Assembly: GCA_965153355.1 (NCBI GenBank)
Contig: OZ231126.1
Coordinates: 23,684,001-23,748,000, forward strand
Direction of reading: 5' to 3'
Origin: Flaccisagitta enflata
Taxonomy: Eukaryota
Length of the DNA stretch: 64,000 nt
Position 1 is the stretch's first letter; each line of letters opens with the position of its first letter. Positions 1-11,862 of this stretch are shown here, piece after piece. The notes under the pieces were generated by a model that was not told the DNA's origin, searched no databases, and saw only the letters and a program-made list of their open reading frames with translations. The translations under genes were made by a program, and so were the position numbers.

Positions 1-3000
1 CCATCTTTTCATCGCGAAACCAGTAGTAGCGGAAAAGACCTGCGTCCTCTTCGGTGACATAGATTTCGTGGAAGTAGTCCTTAATGTCCGCGCCCACCGC
101 GACAGGGCCTTCACACCGGAAGCGCATCAACACGCCTCTGATGTCGTTGGCAAGCTGTGGTCCGTCCAAGAGCTGGTCGTTAAGGTTTGATCCACCCACT
201 GCTGCTTTACAATCGTGGCAGATGCGGACTTGCCCGGGCTTGCCGGGCTTGTCCGCCACATGGATTGGAATTGTCCATCTAGGTCGATCTGGTGGCATGT
301 TGGCGTGCACATTTGGATCTATTCTCCTCACGCGCCCTTTTCCCAGAATTTGGCCATAGTTTCGAAGGAATGTTATTCGCGCTCTCTGTCCCGGTGACAA
401 TTGTTTTTTCAGACAAACAAGTTGCGGTCTAGGGCCATCGTTGGGGAATCCAAATTGTTTAGTGCATCGGCAGTTGCTTGCCTTCCACCTTTATGAAGGA
501 CTGGAGTTCGGTAGTGTTCCGTTTCCTGATCCCACCTGATGCCTTCCTTCATTTGGCGGATAGCAAACTTATCAATTAGAGACATTTCTCGCCATTTTCG
601 CCACTTTTTCGAATTCACCGGCATTTATTCTTTTTATGGTTTTTGCCAAATCTGAATCAATGCTGTGAAAGGAAGCAAAGTTGCAAACAAAATATCGCGA
701 GTCAGTGTTGTTTCTGGGGCCGATCAGACCGGCGCCGAGCGGCGTGGAAATTCCCATGGGCAATCCCTCGGCGCCTTTGTATGTCTCTCCGCCGATCCAG
801 ATTCGAGCGTGTTCCGCGCCGATTATTACGCCGATGGAGCATCCGTCGTCGCCATCCGGAAACGCAGGAAATTCCAGGTCGACGAGATGCTCCATCCCGG
901 CGGCATCTCAGCGCGTGGTGGTCGCCCTTCGATGCGATTATCTCCCAAAGATGGCGTTGTTGAGAGTGATACTGTAGCCGTTGGTACCTTCAATTACTAC
1001 ATCTGCCACTTCCCTCTCTCCTTCCACCATCTTCTCGAGGGTGGTTATCGTCATCGTCGTTTTCCTCCCACTTAGTTTTAATCTTTTACACAAGTCCTTC
1101 GATTACACAAGCCTGTTGGCGCCGCCATCCATCAAAGCAAAAGTCTTAACTTTTCTTTCACCGTTCGTTATGTACAGCGGCAAGATCAACTTCCACGCTC
1201 CGTCGTTGCCGCCAACTTTGAAGACGGAGGTTGGTCGGCGCTCATGTCACGCAGTTTCGATCCTTATCGCCGGCGTTTTTGTTATCATCCGTTTGTTTTC
1301 CCCGCCGGGTTAGGTTCCGGGTGCGCTAGAGGGTGGTGGAAGCCATTGCATTTATCGCAAGTGATCGTCGACGGACACGCCTTGGCGAGATGGCCTCCTT
1401 CGAGGCATCTGAAGCAGATGCCCAAGTTTTTGTTGAATTTCCGGCGGTCCAACGCGTTCATCTCGCTGTAAGTGGGGCAATCCGCTAGACCGTGTTTTCC
1501 GTCGCAACGAGGACAGAGGCCCGGCGTCGTTTTTGAAGCCGGCGTCGGCATCACGGCCTTCTTTGCGGCGGCGTTGGCGGTCGTCGCGGAAATTTTAGCC
1601 GATGCAGCGGGCTTATTTTGATTGTTGTTGCGATGGTATCCTGACAACATTTCAGAAATGGTTTGCTCTTCATCAATGAAATCAAGAAAGTCATCAAATT
1701 TCAAATCTGAACCATTTTTCTTCCTATAACCTCACAACTTTTGCCCACTTATCTTTAGGAAGGGCTTCCTGACGATCTCCTTGACCACCAACTTGTTCTC
1801 GAAGCTGCCCACTTTTTTGTCTCGGTTGCGAATTAATGGACGCTCATCAACCGCGCGCAGAAATCGAGCATCCTGTTGTGATCTTTTTCGTCGATCGCTT
1901 TACCCTGCAGCACTTCGACAAGCATCTCTAACGCGGTCTCTTGGCGCATCCCGAACTTCTTCGTCAACTTCTCCAACGCCTCGTCGACGGCCGACTCCGA
2001 CTTCAGCGTCTCCGCCTCGATCAGCTTGAAGGCCGATCCCTCAAACCAATGCTGCAACTCGTTCAGCATTTGCTTCTTGGATACGCCCGGGATCTCCATC
2101 GCCTCGTTGAAGATCTTCATATGCTTTTCAAAGTCCATTCTTTTAGTCGTGTTTCCGGAGAACTTTTTGGCGGGTCTAGCTTCCTTTTAGCTGGTGGATG
2201 GCCGTTTGCTTTAGCGCCGCCTCCAACTGTTGTCGCTGCAGCCGCAAATGCTCACACCTGTGGTCTGAGACATTTGAAGCATGGCTGCTCGCGCCTGCTG
2301 GAAGCTATCGACGGCGCCTTCGAACGTGTTGACGATGATCTCGACACGATTGACGAGCGACTGGGGCTTTTCAATTCTTGCGGATGTGTTGCCACAGACG
2401 CATCTGTCTTTACCCCCGGCTTCGCCTTCGTCCTGGGATCCCTCTCTTGTTCTTTCCTGTTCTCCTGATTCCATTTTCTTTGGCTTCACGTCACCCAATT
2501 TACGGTAAGGCATTGTCGGTGGTTTTTTGACCTCCGTCTTTGCCTCTTTTTCCTTTTTTGGGTCTTCGGCGTAAAGCTTCTTTTTCGACTTTCGCAGTGG
2601 ATCCGGTAGCGATCTCTCTGGGACTGACGGCGTCTTCACCTCCTTCTTGGCCGTCGACGTCGGTCTCGACGTCACTCCGTTCACCCACGCTCGTCAATGC
2701 ATCCGGAGTTTCGCCACCGAATGCTGCACCTGCGGCGGTCATCTCCAATCCGGTGCCAGCGGTCCTCGACTTTTCACCCTCACGACGGCAGCGCTGCCGT
2801 TGACTGTTCGCCTCATTCGCCGCTATCAAGTCCTGCAGCTCCGCCCGTTTTGTCAATGTTATCCAAATCTCTTTCTCATGGAGGGTTTTGTCGAGGTCCT
2901 TTTGCCTTTGTATGTCTTGGATAATGCTTTGATGATACGCAATATCCGCGTTCGCTTGCGCGTCGTTGGATTTTATCCGTTCATTCTCGGCTTCCCTTTT

Positions 3001-3267
3001 TCTCTGTCTGTCTTTTTCCACCTGCTGTGACATCACCGTCGACGCTTTGCTCCTCTGGGATCCCTTTTTTGACGACCTCGTCGAGTGTGTCGTCGACCTG
3101 GCATTTTCTGCGTCGTCCTCGCGTTCGGGATCAGCACGTGGACTTGAGCGCATGGAAAGGGAAAGGACTATATTATGCCCTCTAGTGAAGCTGCCCGATT
3201 GCAAACTAGAAAAAAAACTCTGCAAGTTATATGCCTTAAAAGCACGTGCGCTCTTGCGATGCTCCAC
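1..3267 (-). mobile_element. Degenerate BEL/Pao-type LTR retrotransposon (gag, protease, start of RT; runs off the left edge)
   Basis: Minus-strand fragments in the expected order: gag helical region (MDFEKHMKIFNEAME..LNELQHWFEGSA, 1833-2138); three Cys/His knuckles CPRCDGKHGLADC, CFRCLEGGHLAKAC, CDKCNGFHHPLAH (1285-1704); aspartic-protease motifs VKTFALMDGGA (~1120-1150) and IGVIIGAE (572-895 ORF); RT start VRICHDCKAAVGGSNLNDQLLDGPQLANDIRGVLMRFR..VAVGADIKDYFHEI..EEDAGLFRYYW (1-235). Broken by stops and frameshifts. A possible 5' LTR lies at ~3268-3395 but its partner is outside the window. Confidence 0.9.
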
Positions 3268-3521
3268 TGTAGTTTGATGTTTCTGAAATGTTGTATTGAT
3301 TACTGTCTTTATGTTTAGAGTCTTTCATTTACACACATCTGTAACAATATGTAGGAGTTTGAAAATAAAGCTTGTATACGGGACTGTCTGTCACAATGTC
3401 ACAATGTCAATGCAATGATTTATGGGCACATCTTATATCCTATTCCGTGACTCTCGTTTTGTGTTAAATTTAATTCTTTTTTTATGTTAGCTCTTCTTTT
3501 TTTAACTTAGCTCAAAAATCA

Positions 3522-3740
3522 TTTTTAGTCGCAGACTGGTGACTCTATATAAGGCTTTGTCCGTCCGTCGGTCCGTCCAATGGTCCGCAAGCGCGAATCA
3601 AAAGTGGGATAACTAGCATTTTAGATGTGTTTTTTTGTGAATATGAGTGTGTGTATGTGGGGGGGGGGGGCATGATAGGGGTGTAGGGACGCCACTGCCC
3701 ACCCGTCCGCTACGAGCTAACCCCGCGCTACTTTGTTTTA
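3522..3740 (+). mobile_element. Helentron/DINE-1-like non-autonomous element, family A
   Basis: Starts TTTTTAGTCGC..GACTCTAT, has a GTCC/GTCG microsatellite core and a GCCCACCCGTCCGC 3' motif shared with the copies at 10284 and 17169. 3' boundary approximate. Confidence 0.55.
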
Positions 3741-4721
3741 ACGCCTGCTTTTCCAGGCCTTTTGCAATGCATTTTTTTTCTCAACATGAATGGACGGACG
3801 CATGGACTGAAGGACGGACGGCAAGGACCCTCCAACAGCGAGACGATAATTCAATTATCAAACGATAATTTATCGGTAGAAATACCGTAGGGGTCTCTTG
3901 TGTGGTTTCTCTCGAACTAAATTGATGTTTATTGCCACGGGTGTCACGAATGTCTGACGAGAAAACTTGTTCTCAAGCTCAAAACTGTTAGTTTTTCGAG
4001 TTTCCAGTTTCTCTCGTCCTTTTATTAGTTTTATCAAGTCGCAAAAGTCAATATTCAGAAAGAATGGGTCAGTAATTACATAATTAACATATATAGTAGC
4101 AACCCGAAATAATGATTATTTTGTCTAGTATCTTTTTTCAAAAAAAAAAAAAAGAAAAGAATCATTTCATCTGTGGAATCATAATTTACCCAAAATTTCC
4201 TTAATTTTACAGTGTGATTTTTTTCTCATCTGCATAATCTTAAAGCGACCTCGCAAAACATGCACTTGTATCAACCAATTATATTCAAAGTGATTAGTTA
4301 ATGCTCAAACCTTAGCAATCAGTCAATTGCGGAGGAAAGGAATAAAACAACCAACGATGCATCCTCTATGAATGAACATTTTTCATAAATAAATGTTTTT
4401 CATGGAATTAATGTAAAAGGATGAATGAAAGAATAAATGAATAAATTAATGAATGAATGAATGAATGAATGAATGATTAGATGAAAGAGTGAGTGAGAGA
4501 GTATATTGGTACTGCATTTTTGATGAAAGAGTCTCGTATTTCATGATTAAAACGTTTGTATGATGGACCAACAGACCGACCAAACAACGCAACGGACAGA
4601 CACAGCCTCATAAAGAGATGCGAGGACGCATCTAAAAGTAGGAGAAAAAAAATACAGAATACAAAAGTTCACGAAAATACAAAGGAACACCTCCTAAAAA
4701 GGGAGGATTTAGGGTCCATGA

Positions 4722-4769
<48 letters not shown>

Positions 4770-4988
4770 AAAGGAAAGAAAAAAAGTAGACGAATTCGGA
4801 TCATTACAAAGAATTTTTGCGACTCTGAACATAACGGTCGAGTCTTGGAAGGCGACAATTCATAAAAGGATGAATTATGACCCGACACTTGGAGAACAAA
4901 ACGGGACAAATAGGGACTGGCAACGGAATGACGTCGACAAAGACGGTCGAGGCCAAAAGACTCATTTTAGGCTACCTTTCGTGTACCC

Positions 4989-5583
4989 CTTTTTTGGGCA
5001 GCGGCCCCGAAGGAGTCAAAGACCTGTAGATCACAGGGCAAGGGGAATATGTTCGTCCATTCGTTCGTCCATTCCTCCGTTCTTTCATCCACCCCCCTCT
5101 GATTTCAGGCTTGAAGTCAGGCCTCCCAGGCTTCAAATCAGGCCTCTCAGGCCTCTCAGGCCTCAGTTCAGCTCTCACAGGCCTCAAATCATCCCTCACA
5201 GGCCTCAAATCCGCCCTCTCGGACTCTGAAACAGCCCTCGCAAGCCTCAAGTCGGCTCTCAAGCCTCAAGTTGGCTTTCTCAGGCCATATAACAGCTCCA
5301 TCAGATCTCAAATCAGCCACTTCAGGCTTCAAATCAGCCTAGCTAGCTTCCATGGGTCTTGAACTAGCCTTTAGGAAGCTTTCAGGCACTTAAAGGCCCT
5401 CAATCAGCCCTCTATAGCATCTCAACATTTTTTCAGCCAGGACGAATGAAACTTCCCCTGTGTTCTACACTCTATAGAACTTCATCCCTTTTGGACCGCT
5501 TCCCTTCTTCCCCTCTCTTAAATTGACAATCTTGCAAAGCAACGTGTATCAAGGACCACATATTGCACTTGGGCGACTGGTTG
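4989..5583 (+). mobile_element. Helentron-like non-autonomous element, family B, with 21-bp internal repeats
   Basis: Starts TTTTTTGGGCAGCGGCCCCGAAGG; degenerate inverted copy near 5480-5503; 3' end GACCACATATTGC..TTGGGCGACTGGTT shared with the 8761 and 59184 copies; internal AGGCCTCAAATC-type repeats. Confidence 0.6.
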
Positions 5584-6193
5584 TAGCTCAAATTTGAGCC
5601 ACTTTGGCACAATGAATAAGTATGGACTGTATGGTGATCCAGTATATACGGTAGTAGAATAAACATTTTATTTCACCATTAGCGCAATTACGCCTACTAC
5701 GATTATGAAAGACGAGGTTTTTATCATTACCCCACTGTAATTCAGATTGGTACGAGAGGTTAAGTGTACGTTCTGTAGGATTCATATTGCAAAGATGAAT
5801 CAATGATCTGACATTTAATCTTACCTGCGTGCATTTCTTGGAGTAACCAGTAACGCCGTTACTCGGAAGGACGAAGAAGAAGAAGAAGAAGAAGAAGAAG
5901 AAGAAGAAGAAGAAGAAGAAGAAGAAGAAGAAGAAGAAGAAGAAGAAGAAGAAGAAGAAGAAGAAGAAGAAGAAAAATAAAAATTTTGTCATTCAGATGA
6001 TTAGGACATGCTTCTTTTGAGTACGCGATTTACTTGCCTTGGATGCTTCTCGTCCGGATGGTGAAGCCGCAGAAGGGGCAACGACACCCGGAATTCCCTT
6101 TCGCGCAGGACCAGCGCCGGGAGGACACATTGAGTTTCTATTCACAATATTGCTTCCCTGTGCTGATTTGGAACAAAAACTACATCAATACGC

Positions 6194-6797
6194 TTTTTGG
6201 GCAGCGGCCCCGAAGGGGTCGATGACCTATGCTTTCACACATATGGGGGATTTTCTCCTTCTTCTTCTTCTTCTTCTCCTACGTCCCCCCCTCAAATCCC
6301 AGTCCCTAGGCCCAAATTCCAGTCTCGAGGCCCAAATCCCAGTCTTAAGGCCCAAATTCCAGCCTCAAGGCCCAAATCCTAGCCTCAAGGCCTAAATCCT
6401 AGCCTGGAGGCCCAGATTTCAGCCGTGAAGCCCAAATCTCAGCCTCAAGGTCAAAATCTCCGCCAAGAGGCCCAGATCCCGGCCTTGAGGCCCAAATCTC
6501 AGCCTCCAGGCTAGGATTTAGGCCTTGAGGCTAGGATTTGGGCCTTGAGGCTGGGATTTTGGCCTCAAGACTGGGATTTGGGCCTTGAGACTGGAATTTG
6601 GGCCTCGGGACTGGGATTTGAGGGGGAGGGACGGAGGAGGAGGAGGAGAAGAAGGAGGAGGAAATCCCCCATATGTGTGAAAGCATAGGTCATCGACCCC
6701 TTCGGGCCGCTGCCCTGCTCCCCCCTCAACTTCAACAAAAACCAACTTGGGCAGGGCACGGGCACCGCTGACCATCTAACGCTTTTGCGACTATTCA
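6194..6797 (+). mobile_element. Helentron-like element (family B variant), internally palindromic
   Basis: TTTTTGGGCAGCGGCCCCGAAGGGGTCGATGACCTATGCTTTCACACATATGGGGGATTT at the 5' end with its inverted copy at ~6662-6715, followed by a short 3' tail; 21-bp AGGCCCAAATCCCAGCCTCA-type repeats in two opposed arrays. Confidence 0.6.
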
Positions 6798-6841
6798 ACC
6801 CTTGTTCGCGGGAAAAATATCTTAGATCAACAATAGAAGTA

Positions 6842-7608
6842 CAGGGTGTTTCACATCAAACAGGACAAAAGAAAACGATGTATTTCTGCTTCTAGAAGTG
6901 CAAAATCATTTCTGAAAATTGTTTCTAAGAGATAGCTTCAGACGATTTTTGAATAATGCAGACTTTTGCTAGTCATTGTTAACATATATCCTCAGCAAAA
7001 CCATGAAAAAATGCCTTTTTTGAGCAAAAAACACCAATTTTTATCCCAATTCAAGGTTTTTCCTTAGATTTTCCATGCCATATACAGATATAGATAATAA
7101 AAAATGGTCAGAAATGTTTGTCAGTTAAGCTAGGACACTGAAGATTGGGATTCCATCATGACCTTTGTCAAAATTGTATCATTCAATATAGTTATTGAAT
7201 GTTTTGTCAATGCACATGAAACTTTTTTGTGATGAAACTTACAAGAAAGTCTCTGGACCCAACCAATATTGTGAAATTTTCTCATTTTCTGCACAGGTAT
7301 GATTCTACCTCACAATATCTTTAATTTAATACCATTGCCAGGATTGTAGCACCATTTGTTTGGAAATGAGAGAGGGATAAAAGGATGCTTGTCAATACAC
7401 AACAAAACAAGCAAAAACTCAAAGTAAAAAACTATACTTTGCTTTAAATAATACAAATGGATTCAGTTTGATTAATGAGCCTTTGGCAAAATACAGATAA
7501 AAAATCGTTTTGTAAGAGCTTTCTGAACCTGTTAACAGAATCTTTTTGGCATTTCTAGAAGCTGAGATACATCGTTTTCTTTGGTCCTGTTTGGCGTGGT
7601 ACTCCCTG
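6842..7608. mobile_element. Tc1/mariner-type MITE
   Basis: TA on both flanks; ~56-bp imperfect TIRs CAGGGTGTTTCACATCAAACAGGACAAAAGAAAACGATGTAT.. / ..ATACATCGTTTTCTTTGGTCCTGTTTGGCGTGGTACTCCCTG. Confidence 0.85.
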
Positions 7609-8760
7609 TAGTGCAAAGTAATGGATTAGAAAATGATTTTACTGAAAACTGAGTGATAAAATTCTAATGAAGGCCCTCACATGCATATCTTCAGCTAGCT
7701 GCGTTATTTCTTGTAAGAAAAAAAAAATCGTTGAGGGTGGCAAAAAAAAAGTGATTTCTATGTAAAATTGCATCAGGATTCCATTTTTGATGTTTTTAGG
7801 GCCCTACGAGGGGGCCCCTAGAAACGCACAAAAAAAAACAGCCAAAAATAGCCTATTTTGGCTATTTTTGTTGAAAATTTTTTGCTTTATGAGACCCCAA
7901 CCCCCAAATTTTTTTGGTGGTAATACTTCTTGATGTAAGAGACTGAAAAAAAAATGATCATGATGGTAAGTGATGGTTGGGGTACCTAAAAAGGCCCAAA
8001 AAGGGCCCGTAAAACATAGAAATATCACTTTTTTATTCATTGCGCGTCTAAAAATGCTTGGATTCCTACAAAATTTGAAATGGAACTTCTCATTTTATGC
8101 AACAATCTTCCTGCAAAGTTTTGTGGCCACTTTTGAACAGCTTCATGTTGAAATCATGCTCCAAAAAACAAAATTCGGCCAAAAAAACCCCAATTTTTGA
8201 GTATTCTTACATGAAAACACTATTTCAAGGTCCCTGAATCCATTTTTTTTTTGAAAATGGTTAGTCATGCATCTTGAGAGATCCCAGAAAAAATTTCAGC
8301 AGATATTTCCAAAAAATGGCCGAGTTATTACAGTTCAAAATGACCTGGTAAATGAAAAAAAAACACAATTTTGTAACTTCAAGGCTGTAAAACTGAAAAA
8401 TTATACTAAAAGTAGGGAAGTAAACGAAGAAATTTTTTTTTCTCCAAACCCCAAATGACCGGTATGAGTCGACGCAGTATTGCAAGGGCTTTCATTTGAT
8501 ACCTCATAACACACATTTTTTTGTATTTTATGTCGTTTTGACTAAAAAGTTGTAAAATCGCCCTATTGGTTGTTTCTGTCTACTTTTTCTTGATCACCGT
8601 CGCATTCTTCTTGGGCTAATCAATGAACAAGGTTAGCCAAAAAAGACCAAAAATGTTGTTTCTATTGGGAGGAATGGTAAAATGCCCATTTTTTAAAAAA
8701 AAAAGGCATTTAACACTATTAAAGCAATGATGAACAAATAATGGGAAAAGGCCCAACCAT

Positions 8761-9578
8761 GAACAGGTCGCCCAAGGGCAATATGTGGTCAGCGATACCC
8801 GTTGCCCTGCTTCGCATGGGTGTAAATCGGAATGAGAGGCAGAGCAGCGGCCCCAAAGGGGACGAAGTCCTGTAGAACACAGGGGACTTTCGTTCGTTCG
8901 TCCGTCCATCCATCCGCCCCCCCCCAGACCCTCTCAGGCCTGAAATCTGTCCTCTCAGGCCTAAAATCTGCCCTCTCAGGCCCGAAAACTGCCTTCTCAG
9001 GCCTTGAATCTGAGAGGGCAGATTTCAGGCCTGAGAGGGCAGATTCAAGGCCTGAGAGGACAGGTTTCAGGCCTGAAAGGCAGGGGTGTATATTCTTGAG
9101 TCGCTTTTGATTTCTTTGCCCCCCCTGCCTTTGATTTTCCGCGACGCGTCGCGTCACATTTTTATATCCATGATTTTCTTCCCCATATAGCAATAAAACT
9201 ATGTAGTTAAGGTTTAAATAGTGTTAAATTGTGTTTTACTAATTGAGATTTATGATTTGGTACTGTAAAAACTAATTTTTTCCTTTTTTCTCTTTTGTCC
9301 CCCTTTGATTTCGCTCCCCATCTCCAGACCCCCCCCGGGGGGGGGGGAAACTCAAGAATATACAGGCCTGCTGAAAGGACAAATTTCAGGCCTGAGAGGG
9401 CAGATTCAAGGCCTAAGAGGGCAGATTTCAGGCCTGAGAAGGCAGATTTTAGGCCTGAGAGGGCAGATTTCAGGCCTGAGAGGGCCTGGGGGAACGACAA
9501 CTGACTGACAAACGGACGGACAATGAACGAAAGTCCTTGTGTTCTACAGGACTTAGTCCCTTCGCCGCTGCCCAAAAA
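8761..9578 (-). mobile_element. Helentron-like family B copy, interrupted by a hAT MITE
   Basis: AACAGGTCGCCCAAGGGCAATATGTGGTCAGCGATACCCGTTG...CCGCTGCCCAAAAA; same organisation as 59184-59666; 21-bp AGGCCTGAGAGGGCAGATTTC repeats. Confidence 0.7.
9081..9370. mobile_element. hAT-type MITE (290 bp)
   Basis: 8-bp TSD CTGAAAGG (9073-9080 and 9371-9378); 20-bp TIRs CAGGGGTGTATATTCTTGAG / CTCAAGAATATACAGGCCTG (18/20 match). Confidence 0.85.
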
Positions 9579-9649
9579 CGCTGAATTCTTATGACAAGCA
9601 TGGAGAATTGAATGACGACTACACTGATGCTGATTGTCTCTCCTCTCGC

Positions 9650-9737
<88 letters not shown>

Positions 9738-10011
9738 GTTTTTTTTGTTTTTGTCGTTATTGTTTTTGATGTTGTTTTTGTCGTTTTCTGTTGAAGTCGT
9801 TTTTGTTGTGGTTGTTTTTGTGGTTGTTGTCATTATTGCCCTTGTGGTTGTTATTTTTGTTGTTGTTGATATTGTTATTGACGTTTTTATTGCTTTCGTT
9901 GTTTTTGTTGTTGTTGTCAGTGCTGCTATTAATGTTTTTGTTACTTTGTTATTTTTGTTTTCGCTGTTGTTGTCACTGTCATTAATCTCGTTGATATTCT
10001 CGTTGTTGTTT

Positions 10012-10069
<58 letters not shown>

Positions 10070-10120
10070 GGTTGTTTTCTTTGTTATCGTTCATTTTTGC
10101 ATTGTTGTTGTCATTGTTGT
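9650..10120. repeat. (TTG)n microsatellite and low-complexity block
   Basis: Pure (TTG)n runs at ~9650-9736 and ~10010-10068 with degenerate TTG-rich sequence between. Confidence 0.95.
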
Positions 10121-10283
10121 TATCTGTTCTTGTGGCAGTTGTGTACGGTGCTTTGATTTCTGAGTCTTGTTACTTTTGCCTTCGATTTGATCCTTCTTGA
10201 CTGCGCACAAAACATTGAATACGAGAATATCGTGTTGATTTGTGACTATCTGGTGGTAGCTTTTGCTAGGTCATGGGCTGGTT

Positions 10284-10457
10284 CTTTTTAGTTGCGGACA
10301 TGCAACTCTATAAGAGCCTTTGTCCCTCCGTCCATTGGTAAGTTGGTCCATCCGTTGGTCCGTCCATGCGCATGAGTCAAAAAGTTTGAAAATGCGCATT
10401 TCTGCCCCCGCCCACCCGTCTGCTACCGGTATGGCCGTGTATCTGGCCTCGTTTTTT
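10284..10457 (+). mobile_element. Helentron/DINE-1-like element, family A (a second partial copy follows to ~10550)
   Basis: TTTTTAGTTGCGGACATGCAACTCTAT 5' hairpin, GTCC-rich core, CCCACCCGTC, 3' stem-loop GGCCGTGTATCTGGCC, then a T-run. Confidence 0.65.
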
Positions 10458-11502
10458 TAGTGGTATGCACGCGACTCTACACCCCGCTTTGTCCGTTGGT
10501 CTGTCCGCCTTCTGTCTGTTGGTTGGTCGGTCGGTCCGTCACACTTTTTTTTTCAATTGTAATTTAAACGTCCGTTACCAACAGTCCGAACTACAGAACA
10601 AGCGAAATGTGTGACTTAATTCTTTAAAGATGATTTTGATTTATGTCAGTGTCATATGCTGTTTCTCTCGTCGATGGCGCGTTACGGCGTCATCGCACAT
10701 AGAAAATGAAAAGAGATATGAAATCAGCACACTTCAGGGATACTACAGGCAGTCGACGTCAACTCACGGCGGCGAAGTTTGGCCGCAGTAACCATTTTTG
10801 TGAAGCTTTGTCATATCTCAAGTTTTTTACGTATTTAAAAAATGAAAAAAAGATTATCTGGAGACTATTTATGTAAAAACTGATAACCTGGCGCTATGCC
10901 GGTACCATATTTGACCATATTTGACTTACGGGACATCCTGGAATGCTGGTTCAAATTTCTGATATTGCATTTTATCTCGTTTCTCTTGTAACATGAGCCA
11001 TGGTTCATTCCCTACTAAAAGTACCTGGAAAATAGACAAATTAAACAGAAAATGCATGGGGAATTCATTACTGGTGGTTTGGGGGCTCTACAAGGGGGCC
11101 CCTGGAAACACACCCAAAAAAAAAGCTAAAAATGGCCTATTTCGGCTATTTTTTTAGAAATTGTCTTATTTAAAGAGACCCAATCCTTCCAAATTTGTTT
11201 GGGCTATACTTCATGATGTAAGAGACTGATTGAAAGAGAATCATGATGGTAGATGATGGTTGGGGTACCTAAAAAGGCCCGAAAGGGGCCCGTAAAACAT
11301 AAAGATATCATTTTTTTATTCACTGCGCGTCCAAAAATGCTTGGATTCCAAAAAAATTTGAAATGGAGATTCTCATTTTATGTAAAAAGCTTTTGAACAG
11401 ATTCATGGTAAAATTATACTCAAAAAAACAAAATTCGCCCCAAAATAAGCCAATTTTTTAGTTTTCTCACATGTAGACACTATTTCAAGGTCATGGAATC
11501 CA

Positions 11503-11862
11503 ATTTTTGTCGCATGCACGCGACTCTACAACCCGCTTTGTCTGTCCCTCTGTCCGTCCGTCAGTCCGTTGGTCAAACATTATTCTTTTTATTACTTTTA
11601 GTTATTCTTAGTCATTTTAGGCCATTTTTAGTCATTCTAAGTCATTCTAAGTTATCGTAAGTCATTGTAAGTCATTTTGAGTCATTTTACATTATATCAA
11701 GTCGCTTATGTCAATTTGGTCAATTTAGTCGTATAAGTCATTTATCATCATTTTATGTCTTTTTAAGTTATTTTCAGTCATCTTAAGTCATTTTAAGTCA
11801 ATTTGAGTCATCATAAGTTATCTATGTCTCGCACGCGACTTATAGGTGTTGGCCTTGTTTTT
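11503..11862 (+). mobile_element. Helentron/DINE-1-like element, family A, with a 10-bp AAGTCATTTT-type array
   Basis: TTTTTGTCGCATGCACGCGACTCTAC start, internal 10-bp repeats at 11610-11820, subterminal CGCGACT and GGCCTTGTTT end. Confidence 0.65.

Larger units (their letters stand above)
8415..11012. mobile_element. 2.6-kb insertion in the left foldback arm with a long target-site duplication (possibly Mutator-like)
   Basis: TACTAAAAGTA is present at 8404-8414 and 11013-11023 but only once in the intact right arm (~13638-13650). Ends GGGAA...TTCCC. The TIR match is short, so the superfamily is uncertain. Confidence 0.6.

Noticed and set aside
3953-4000. CTGACGA followed by a short stem as a hammerhead ribozyme
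   Set aside because: The required GAAA after stem II and the remaining stems are absent.
9207-10200. Long poly-N/T/V/L ORFs, and similar ORFs over (GA)n, (TG)n and (GAA)n tracts throughout
   Set aside because: Translations of microsatellites with no domain content.
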